A DNA stretch of 63,140 nt, counting the filler, from Hyphochytrium catenoides (Eukaryota; Protista; Hyphochytriomycota), in the NCBI GenBank assembly GCA_900088475.1. It is 9 parts of 9 records of this genome, joined end to end, with 100 filler letters (N's around TTAATTAATTAA, not from the genome) between each part and the next. Parts side by side here need not be neighbours in the genome. Positions count along the whole stretch, not along the records: positions 22,483 to 24,755 come from FLMG01000854.1; positions 24,856 to 48,481 come from FLMG01001215.1; 7 more parts are not named here. One strand, given 5' to 3'. The position numbers were made by a program, and so were the translations under genes. The stretch's first letter is position 1. Every line of letters begins with the position of its first letter. Positions 23,915-34,400 of the stretch are shown in pieces. The notes below the pieces were generated by a model. That model did not search any database, was not told where the DNA came from, and saw nothing but the letters and a program-made list of their open reading frames with translations.

Positions 23915-25814
23915 NNNNNNNNNNNNNNNNNNNNNNNNNNNNNNNNNNNNNNNNNNNNNNNNACCAGAGGAGGAGGAACCTTCGCCTCCATCTCAGCAAG
24001 CTATTTAAAGAAGAGAAAAGCTGAGAAAGTTCGAGAACGCCAAATTGGCTGAAGTGTGGTCGCAGGTCTACAAGACAACAGCTTTAAGTGCGCCTCTTCT
24101 AGGTTCATATGTCTCTCTGTGATTGGGACCTTGTGTAATAAGCTCACCACCAGCTCACCTGGGCTGGAAATAGCCACCACTGTTCTTCAGGGCTCCTGGA
24201 GGACGGACATCTTATCTCAGCAGCTGTTATGCCACGTCAAGGAGCTACAGTTCAAGACTTCTAAGGGCAAGAGTAGCTATCGTGAATGATGCTAGCTATC
24301 AAACAATTTAGCGGATTCAACACAGAGAATCCGCGATGTCTTAAGCCGTCCGTTTGGGATCTGAACTTGATCCTCACTGAAGCGATGGAAAGATACCAAC
24401 GCCCATGACTGCTAAGGCGATTTTACGGATATGTACCCCTTTCTCGTGCTGTTGTTTTCTCTGGTGCGGCAACCACATAAACTTGTTGTTGCAGAGCCAT
24501 AATGTCTCCATGAGAGAGGAGCCTGTCTGGCTGTACAAGAATCTACAACAACTCTAACAAGCCTATAGGGCGCTTATGAGTCATGTTCATTTATCTACAC
24601 TTGTACTCTTGCAGCCTGCTTCCTGTACGCAGCAGTGGCTTTTGTGCCGAGTACTTCAATTCCTCATGTCTCTGTTCTTCTTGGCGTGCCATATTCCCGA
24701 AGAACACAACAATCGATAAATAATAAGCGACAGATGTACACAGTGGTGGCTGTTTNNNNNNNNNNNNNNNNNNNNNNNNNNNNNNNNNNNNNNNNNNNNT
24801 TAATTAATTAANNNNNNNNNNNNNNNNNNNNNNNNNNNNNNNNNNNNNNNNNNNNGAGAGAGAGAGAGAGAGAGAGAGAGTTTTACCTACATTTACAAGA
24901 TCAGCTGGCACACCAGAATCCACCTTTTCAATCAGAAGATTTCATTTCTCCGTTCTTTTCAATTATTCTCATATATATTTCAATAGACTGACCGCTATTC
25001 AGAACCGGACTTCTAAAGCTATGACCATACCCAATTACGCTCTTTTTATCGCTAATCCCGCCGCTTGGAAAGCTTCCAATATTCATCCTCTGCCCTTGTC
25101 AATCTTCAAGCTGCTCAGAACAGAACAGTATCTCTCTCTCATCCTAGTAAACGGTATAGACAAAAGCTATAAGGCAACAAGAAGCCTACTATGAAGGCTT
25201 CACTATATCTTTCTTCTGATGACCATCACCGCCGCCTCCTATAGAAGCCCTCCAGCAACAGCGGCTCCAGGAAGAAGCTGTGATGATGACCCAAGACCAT
25301 GTTCTCAATGGGCGAAGCAGCAGGCACGCGCGGCTGGGGCACTCGATGAAACTCCATCTCTGCATTACTGCTGCGTTGCAGGAGGAGGACAGAGATCGAT
25401 CCGTCTGTAGGTGATGGTGGTGGCCGTGATGAGTAGAGACGAGAGGAGAGGAAGATCCGCGCTCCCACCACACCTGTCAGAGGAGATAACCCTAATAGGC
25501 CATTCTTCGTTCATGGTGGAATGAACCGTCTCCGGATCCGTCTTGGCTCCACCAAAGGACTCCCACGCGTGGGAACGCTAAGAAGGGTCGGAAAACCGCA
25601 GCCTTGAGCCGCACACTCCTCGGCGTCGAGGACGACTTTCCTCCTGTGCGCACCAGGAGGCTCTGCGATTCTTCCTTTGTATTCTGGCTATACGCAGGTT
25701 TTTTGAGAGCCAGCCAGAACTCCGTCCATAATAAAACTGCGACAGTGCTTGACGTGACATCCGCCAATCCAAAAAGGCAAGCTTCAGATGAATCCATAGT
25801 CCCTGACGACTGCC

Positions 25815-26810
25815 ATGGAGGAGAAACAGACTGAACAGTACTTATGGGTCAAGTTCGAAGAGGATGAACCTGTGGAGATTGAAGCTACCGGTTGTCCGAA
25901 TGTATCGAGGTTCATACGACACGCTCAACAAGTGTTGGAGGTTCCCCTGCGAGCGGGCCGACTGCTCCTACAGCGGCATGATGGACAAATCTTGGATCCG
26001 CAAGATCCACCGTCCGTGTATAGCCAAGGAAACACCGCATATACCCCGTTCCTGTTGACGGATCTGTCAAAGAAGAGGAAAATCGACCAGAAAGAGCCAT
26101 CACCGCACATCAAGCGGCTGGAACGTTGGTCACAACTCAACACCATTTTGGTGCAGTTTGAAGCATCTGCTGTTCAAAAATCCTCCGGTGGGAAAAAAAA
26201 GTCGAAGGGCAGCAGCGTCCCACCCTCATCAATCACATGGGACCTGGTGTTTCCAGTTTATGAGCCTCTGTGGAAGGACTACATTCAACCTGTCAAGGAC
26301 ATTCCTTCCGAGGCAATGGATACGCTGCATGATTATCTCAAGATCCTGTCGGTAACTGTCGGTCCGCTGATCACGACAGGCAAGGGGTCACAAAGGCTAC
26401 ATTTTATAGCACCGATACTTGTGTATGTTGCCAAATGTTTCCCACCTGATGACGGAGTCCGCCTTCTCATTGAAGAGAATTTGGTCGGGAACCAAGTGAA
26501 AGCACATGGCCATTTTGAGTTCATCCTGAAGAGAAGAAACAAACGAATATGTATCGTGGAGGCGAAGAAGGACAAGATGGACCAAGGAATGGTTCAAAGT
26601 TTACTTGGTATGGAGGTTGCGGCAGAGCTCGATAATCTATCCACTGTTTATGGCATTGTTACGAACTATGCGCAGTGGTGCTTTCTAACCAGCCAGGATG
26701 ATCTTGTCCTTGTAGACTTTGACACTTTACATTTTGAGCTTGAGGTTGTTAGCAAAGAATCGTTGCAGCGAGTAGCAGGAAAGATCTTTGCAGTTTTGTC
26801 AGATGATTAG
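25815..26810 (+). CDS. Crinkler (CRN)-like protein: N-terminal ubiquitin-like header plus C-terminal PD-(D/E)xK restriction-endonuclease-fold domain; intronless
   Basis: Header LWVKF...LDPQDP...NTAYTPFLL; NLS-like KKRK; C-terminus HGHFEFILKR...ICIVEAKKDKMDQGMVQ...VYGIVTNYAQWCFL...AGKIFAVL, matching CRN nuclease-type domains I recall from oomycetes. Confidence 0.85.
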   Translation: MEEKQTEQYLWVKFEEDEPVEIEATGCPNVSRFIRHAQQVLEVPLRAGRLLLQRHDGQILDPQDPPSVYSQGNTAYTPFLLTDLSKKRKIDQKEPSPHIKRLERWSQLNTILVQFEASAVQKSSGGKKKSKGSSVPPSSITWDLVFPVYEPLWKDYIQPVKDIPSEAMDTLHDYLKILSVTVGPLITTGKGSQRLHFIAPILVYVAKCFPPDDGVRLLIEENLVGNQVKAHGHFEFILKRRNKRICIVEAKKDKMDQGMVQSLLGMEVAAELDNLSTVYGIVTNYAQWCFLTSQDDLVLVDFDTLHFELEVVSKESLQRVAGKIFAVLSDD

Positions 26811-26919
26811 CGAACTGACAACTAACTCTTCAGGAGGGAAACTTCGTCGATCCTAATGGAGTCCGGTACCTGCTCAGCATCTAGTACTTCTCTTTGGAAC
26901 ACCCTCACGCCGACGTCGC

Positions 26920-27690
26920 CTCTACATTCTGCAACCTAAACTGTTCACGCTGCTGTCGTTCCCGTGAGCAAGACGTTGTTCTGCTATCTCAACACGCGCT
27001 TCTTGTGGAGGATCAACCTAACTTTCCGTCACAACCGGTGTTGTGGTGATGAAACGTTAGATACATTCCCGCCGATGAAACCAGTGCCCACATGTTGCTA
27101 AAGTAACGCTGCTGCGTTCATCATCATTGTCCTCCTCGAAACAAATCATGCGCTTGTCTTCTCCACCACCCCGACTGACGAGTGATGTTACTTCGGCTGC
27201 TGCACTGTGCCGGCAACAATCAACACTAAAACCATTATACACTGATTAAAGTTCGGATCTTGTCCCCTGGTATAAATATAGTAAACCAGCAATGACTAAC
27301 CACTTTATTGGATTCGGATCTGATTTGAATCAGGTCCTGGGTGGATCCTTTGAAGACTGCATCTATGAAGAAACGATCCTCTATTCCCCACATGAAGACA
27401 ACCATGTCGTCTACTATGTTGAACGGTGTACAGGGAGGGGACATGGCGGTAGCCCTAGCATAGAGTCTTCTTGTCCTAGCTGCTTTGATGCATATTTGAT
27501 GCACTGGTTGTCCTTCTTCTCTTCTCATCTTGTTCCTTCCATCCTTGTCGTCGTCCCACCGGAAGGGAATAATGCTAGTTCCCACTATGATATTCTTGGA
27601 CATCAATAGTGTCTTCGCCCCCTCGCGCTGGTGCCCGTTCGTCCTACTGTGATCGTTCACATGCTCCTTCTCGCTTTTCAGTACAGTCAA
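26920..27690 (-). pseudogene. Decayed RING-H2 finger protein remnant
   Basis: (R)MICFEE...TLATCGHWFHRRECI* with the first Cys replaced by Arg, an in-frame stop and a frameshift relative to upstream ORF 27235..27690. Confidence 0.5.
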
Positions 27691-29308
27691 TAGTCGGACT
27701 TTGCCGCTGCCTGTCAGTCATGGTCTATCTGCATCACTACTAACACTATAGCCATGATGATGACAAGAAACGTAGTGGACATGCCCGAAGGTTATGATGA
27801 GCTCTTCTTTCGACTGAATAACGACCATCATCAGTGATAAATGTCTGAGATCTATGTAACATCATCTTCTTTTTGAATCGCCCTTGGCCCTACCGAAGGG
27901 CAACACACTTGTTGGCCAGCCGGCGGTTCGATCGTCCACTCCAATAAGCTAAGAATGCCATTCTCGGTCAGGGATTGGGTTACATTCGGGAGCAAAACGG
28001 TAGTCTCTTATACTCAAGGCCTCCTTTATAGTCTGGGGTTCGGGCTGTAGCCTAGAATAGGCCCCTACCGGTAAAATCGGACAAGGCCCAGTGTAGTGCA
28101 TTCTTAGGCTACTAGTAGAAGAAGCAGGGCCAGTTGTTCTTCTCATCGCAAAAGAATTAAATAATCTCCTTGGTGCTTCTTCCATCGTGAGAAGAGGAAG
28201 AAAACACCGGTGACCAATGGCCAACGATGCTTCGACTTGGTGAGTGTTGCGCCTGTCGTTCGGAGTGAGTCAACGCACCGTTAGCTAGGAATGATGGGAG
28301 TAAGAAGAGGTCATAGAATGAAGAAGTGGAGATTGGTACATATGTACAAACCGCTGGTCAATCTACTAACTATAGAAGAATTAGGATATGTCTAGTTGAT
28401 CACCTGTGAGCTTCCGCCAACCACGTGACCTTCTGAATGGCGGATGATGGAAGATAAAGACGAAAAGTTCCCCTAAGAAATGCGGAAAGAGGAAAAGAAC
28501 AACAGGAAGCCCCGGGGCGAGTTGGTTGCTTGGTGTGTGGAGTATTATTATGACAAAGATGGAACGTTGGAGAAGACGACAGAGTGTGACAGGGACAGGA
28601 TGAAGCACGAAGCAGGTGTGGGTGGTATCACTTACGAAGTAAGAACAGACATGGAAGACGTTCTTGAACCAAGTCGGACGTTCTCCTTAGAATCTTAGGA
28701 CAGTGACCGGGCATCATGACCAAAGTAGATGGGAACGGTATCGTCATCAGCTCTGCAGAACCTAGCTTTGCTTATGATGATAGAGAAGCGGTCTCAAAGG
28801 CGGCCTGACTACGGCAGCGGTCATGCCTTTTATAACAAGTACAGCTGTACTTTTGATTAGCCGGCCGCTGAAGGTTCAGTATGGATGGCCAGTGCAAGAC
28901 GGGCTTGCAAGTGGTATTCTTCCTAGATTTAGCCTTCGTCGACCTTCTTCTGCACCGGACCTTTTGTTGGAAGCGATAGCGACAGGTCGGTCAGTGAAGA
29001 GCCCATACGCTCTGTGTGCCGGGTACTGGCTCTTCATCTAGTAGAACTACTGCAGTATGTAGAGCACAGAACTACAGGCTGATAATAATGGCTCATCATC
29101 TTCTTTGCGTTTTCAACTTCTGCCAAGCTCATATCCGCACTTCCTCGTGATTAGAAGAGCTTCTTGTTGGGAGTCATTGTAGTGTCACTCTCTACTTTGC
29201 TGCAAGGGAAGCCACGCAGCACCATATACCAGCGCGGCTAGCATCCATACGTAAAAAAGAGAGGCCATCTGGTGACTAGTAGGCACATAACCTCCCAGAG
29301 GAAGAGCC

Positions 29309-29923
29309 ATGGTCAACCTAGTCAAAGGAGACGCAGTAGCCATCACTGCCCTAGCTATTGTACTGACTACCACCACAGCTAGTATCCTGGCAAGTGCTGC
29401 GCCTCCGCACTACCGTTATACCATTGACCAATGCCAAGAAAGGCCAGCACGAGGAATCCGGGTGTGTGCCGTCAACTACAATGACGTGATGCAAGGAGGA
29501 AGACCTATTCTTGACATTGGTTATGGCGGGAGCTCTTGGGCATACAACGTAATGGATACGGTCCAGCATGGTGGACAGCTTTTCGTACGGGTCAAAATGA
29601 ATGGCAAAGGGTGGACAGACTTCAAGCTGTACAACTCGTCCCAGGAGCAGGAGTTCTATACCTGGAAACGCCCAGAGATGGTAAAGTTTTACCTTCCAAT
29701 CAACGACGTACGTTATATTAACTATAACAGCAACGAGCCACCAGCCGAAGAGCAGGATTTGATGTTCTTTGCAAAGGATGGAAGGAAGATGAATGCTTGG
29801 GATGTGGAGTTCGCCTTCTACGCCATGGATAACGATAATAAGAAGGTTTGGGATAACAATGGCGGCAACAACTATCACATGCGCTTCGAAGTTGACGATC
29901 CCCCTAAGTGGACGCCTTATTAG
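29309..29923 (+). CDS. Intronless secreted 204-aa protein with a CBM21/CBM25-like (starch/glycogen-binding-type) C-terminal motif
   Basis: Signal-like AVAITALAIVLTTTTASILASA; aromatic-rich beta region ending WDVEFAFY...WDNNGGNNYHMRF, resembling the EFA...WDNNxGxNY signature. Confidence 0.7.
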   Translation: MVNLVKGDAVAITALAIVLTTTTASILASAAPPHYRYTIDQCQERPARGIRVCAVNYNDVMQGGRPILDIGYGGSSWAYNVMDTVQHGGQLFVRVKMNGKGWTDFKLYNSSQEQEFYTWKRPEMVKFYLPINDVRYINYNSNEPPAEEQDLMFFAKDGRKMNAWDVEFAFYAMDNDNKKVWDNNGGNNYHMRFEVDDPPKWTPY

Positions 29924-31448
29924 TAAGAAGCAATGAAGCTCTTCGCCCGCCCTCTGCGCCTCCTCTCCTACCTAAAACGAGCAGGAGGACGTTCGTCGTC
30001 TTTAGTCGACTAACGCTACACTTTTTGGGCTGTTAATTATTATCTGCATAGAGAGGCAGCAGCTGCAAGGTTGCTTATTTTGGCCCTCCACCACCCAGTG
30101 TTTTTTTCTATTTTAATTATGTTCTAGCATAACTTACCCAGCGTAGCGCTTGTTGGCCCCAGAAGAATTGTCCAACGTTCCTTTCCCCTTATCGGAAGTA
30201 CAAACAGCCCGTGGCGGCGATGTCTGATGGTAGCAAAGCAATCAGCGCCGTCCGACCTCTAGGAGGGAAAGAGACAGTATCTCAGACAACCCTCATCATC
30301 ACTCGACCGAGTCAGAGAGCGCTTTGCCAGACGCACATGAGTATATATATTCGTCATGATGCACCTTGGCGGGGCAAACCACCAACGCCCAGCGGCTCGG
30401 GACTTGTTAATCTTAGATGGCCAAAGTAAGAAAAGATCAGTCAAACCGGCAGCTACTTGGTATCGACACCTAGTTCCTCCTTTGTTAACGAGCAAGAGAT
30501 GCTTCTACGCAACCTTCTGTTCATTCTCTAGGCAGCCACCAGCAGCTCAGGCTTTACCCAGCGACCAAGATCTCTAGAAATCGGCGCCAGGCAGGCGCGC
30601 CTTCTTCTTCATCTTCTTCTTCTTCCAGCAGTAAGTTGAAGGCTGCTGTTGCGTCTCTTCTACTATCTTTGGTCTGGCGCCTGCACTCGTCAGGATGGTG
30701 TTTGACCTTTCGTCAACCAGTAATCCCCCTTGACCTAACAATACCGAATATGAAAGATTTCGCCGTTACTTTCGAATGAATTGTTCCAGTGACCTATTGT
30801 AGAGCTATCACAGTGGTGTTTATACTACCTTGGTGTGAAGGTTTCAGTTGCCGATGGCTATATTTTTCCAAGGAAGTAAAGAAACTCTGAAGAGGCAGGG
30901 CAGGGAAGGTGAAGATGATGCGCGGGCCCAGGAGCGCGGCGAGCAGAAGACGCAAGTGACACTCCGCATCCAGCTTCCATGAGCAGCTTCATCTTCTTCA
31001 GAGCCACACGCTCCGCATGGCCTTGACTGGGACAGTTGTCTCTTGACTATCAGCATTGACACTAGCCGTAATAGAAGCAGTAGCAGCGGCAACGGAGGGC
31101 AGACTTCCTCGTCAATCTACAAGGAGTCCTGGTAGTGGTGGACATTTCTCTTCTATTCCAAAGTCGTCGCAGCGAAACAGAGCAAGCTCCTCCACCTGTT
31201 AAGAGACAATTAAGAGATCATTAGCCCTGGGATGGCACGCTATTGAAGACAGTCGGTCACTTGTACTGGCAAGCGTCTCACCGGATGTCTCTCTTGGGTG
31301 CCGGAGCCTATTGTGAGACTCATGTCACAAGGTTATAGCAAGGTGTGACAGTTTAAGGCCAAGAGGTTTTCATAAAACCTTGGCAATGGAGGGCGCTAGA
31401 TGTAATAACTCGCTAGCAGGCGGTCGGAAACTGCTGCTCAGGCGAAGG

Positions 31449-34400
31449 ATGGCCATCTTCCTCCTCGTCCACAGCTTTCATCTGCTCTGTCTCATAGAGG
31501 TGTGCGTGGGCTATCGAATCGTTGGTGAGACGGACTCCGTCCCTTTCGACTGGTGGGAGAAAGGGTTCACAGGAAGCCTTGAAGAGCCTTCCACTTCCCA
31601 TCAGCCAGACAGGATCAATGAAGGAGCGCCCTCAACACCAGACTACTCTCGACTATGGGAGTGGGATACACCTCCGCCTAATCGTAAGATAGCCAGTCTT
31701 ACTATCCCAAAGTGTTTGAGGATTATTCTCTCTCTTGGTATCCTGCTAGCCCATCATGCTCCCTTCTAGTTGCTTATCCGATATCCATCTGCTTGGGCCG
31801 AATAACGTAATCCTATTGACTGTTGTTGGTGCTTCTCCCGACGGGCAACCAGAGCGATGTCCAGGAATGAAGATAATTGATGGAGAAGCTTACTGCCATG
31901 ACAAGACGTTTGGATACTGCGACCAGCGTTCCGGTACCTGCTTCTGTGAGCAAGGATATCAAGGGATTGACTGCACTCAGTGTACTTCCACCCACTATAA
32001 GGAAAACGGACTCTGTTATCCAAAGCGTAAGTTCACTAGAAGTACGGGCGGAGCTCTGATGGCGCAAGAAGGAGTGATCTACAGGTTGGCAGTATTAAAA
32101 GGGTAGAAGCCCTAAGATAGAAGCCCTAGAGCGGGCAGTTAAGCGTCTCTGGCCTTCCCCTCAAGGCAGATCTTAAGGATCAACACTGAAAGAGCAGGTG
32201 GCATAAGAGAGCGCAGGGAATAAGAGGGCTGATCGGGGAACAAAGTAGCCAAGATTCGTAAACATCTGGGTCAGGTCAAACCTTCCTCAAACTACCGTTA
32301 TTCCAGGACCTTGCCCCAATGCTTGCTCTGGGGAGGGGATTTGCGACTACCGCCGTGGCAAATGTCAATGCAATCCTGAGTACATTGGATTAGACTGCTC
32401 AACACGTAGGCATTGCTTCTCCAAGAGTGTGCATTGGCGGTTTGCGCTCATTTCTCTTGTCACTGTTTACTGCCCTGCACTCCTCCCTTCTCGGTGCTTC
32501 ACCTTTCGGTCACTAGCGTTCCTTTTCTAGGTCCATCCTCTGTCTATATTCGACCTGCAGTCCTTGATGCTCCGCCTCATGTTACAGCCCTGTGCAAATC
32601 CTTCAGCCCTCTGTGCGAAGAGTGTACGAGCAAGAATTGCACTCAGTGTCGACAGGGGTTCTACGTGAACCCGTCACCTCCGGATTGCTACACAGATATT
32701 TGCTGTAAGCCTTGAAGTCTCTGCAATTTCCTTTCGCTGTCTTTCCTCTCCCGGCAACGTTCGTCCTGAGAACTCAGGTTATTCATATCCTGGAGCCTGT
32801 TTCTGATGTTCACTTATCTTGTTCTATGTCTATTGAGACGAAGGATAGCACCCGCTCTTTCCTAGCTAACTTCGAGAGGCTGAATGATACATGATCGGTA
32901 TTGTCTGGAGAAAGTAAGCTCACGTCCCATTGTTTCTTCTTCCCTTACGTTTCTTAGTATCCTGCGCGGACAAATTCGATGTTCGATGCACATCGTGTGA
33001 CTCTGAGCGGTGCTTCCATTGTACGGACCTTCTTCTCTTGTCAATCAAGAGAAGCGGAGCTCGGAAAGGGATTGACCCACCTCTACCTCTAGAGGAGTCT
33101 TCTCGAGTTCTCTCCTACTCCCTTCCGTTTGGGACGCAGGACCCATCCTATTTTGACGAGGCTGAGCCCTATCATGTCATCGATGCCAGCAAGGTCCCCT
33201 TACATTCCCGTGCTAAGACGTGTATACAGGTACTACCACTTTTGGTGTACAGTTTTCTCCTCCGTCATCATAAACTACGTGTCCCGTCACACACAATCTA
33301 GTCAAGAGCTGAGCATAAGCTCATCATTCACAGCCGGTTATTGCCTTCCTGTAGCGGCCACTGCAACATACTCAGCTCTAGCCTTCTATATCGCATGTCG
33401 TCTATCGCTGTTTAAAATACTATGCCCATTGTTCTCCTCTGCCACATCTTACAATGTAGTCTTTTTGTCTCACGCCGCCGCATGACATCATACCTGTCTC
33501 TACTAGGGTCTGAGCAATGATGACTCCTGGAGATGCGTCAGTCCTCCTATTGGAGTTCCTGTTTCACATCGGATTTGTGGAAGTCTGGGCACAGTTTACT
33601 TTTCTTCCCCATGGTACATCGCTAATGAGAACCAAAGATATATGAATCTCACAGTGCGAAGAACAGGAGGCGGAGAGGGCTCACTGACGCTCAATTTCAC
33701 ATTATCTCATCTCTCTTCGGATTCGTCCGATGTCTCCGCAAGCCCTCCATACACCTCCTCACAGCGCCTCGTCTTTCAAGAAGGAGTGGTTGAGCTCATT
33801 TTTCCGGTGAGTAGCCTTAAGTTTAGGACCCTCACCCTAATTTGGAGGCCACGTGTAGCTATGTTGGCGACGGATTTCCAGGGCAAAAGACTTAGAAGGA
33901 CTAAGTTTACTGATAGCCCGGTGGGTGATAACGTGCTAACAGAACCTGTAGGTTCACATCTTAGATGACCGGAAATTTGAGCCTGCCAAGAGGTTTTTGG
34001 TGTCCTTGAGCCAACCCAATCTCGGTAGTCTCGGCAACACCAAGAGTGCTGTCGTTGAAATAGTGGATGACGATCATAACAGGACAGAGGCAAAGAACAG
34101 GTCTCCTGCTCCTCTCCCTTCACCTTACCTTGACATCCACTAGCTCCTTCCATGTCTCCTTGTTCGCTTTCGGCTTTGCATATCGGTTGCATCTACCTTC
34201 GAGCGCAAATTAGCTGGTTATTTCTTCATTGCTGTCTACTCAGCTCTCATCATTTCTTCGCCATCGCAGCTACATCCGCCAAGCAGCAGGTTCCTCTCTT
34301 CCTACCGCTGTGGTTGGCGTCCCTCTGTCTCTTCAGCTCACTGCTGTGTCAGGGGCAGGAGCAACCCGCACGGTAGGAGGGGATGCGTTTCTTCTCGTCC

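Noticed and set aside
27949-28224. EPQTIKEAL resembles the Copia pre-RT motif
   Set aside because: No downstream RT motifs recognisable; too short to call.
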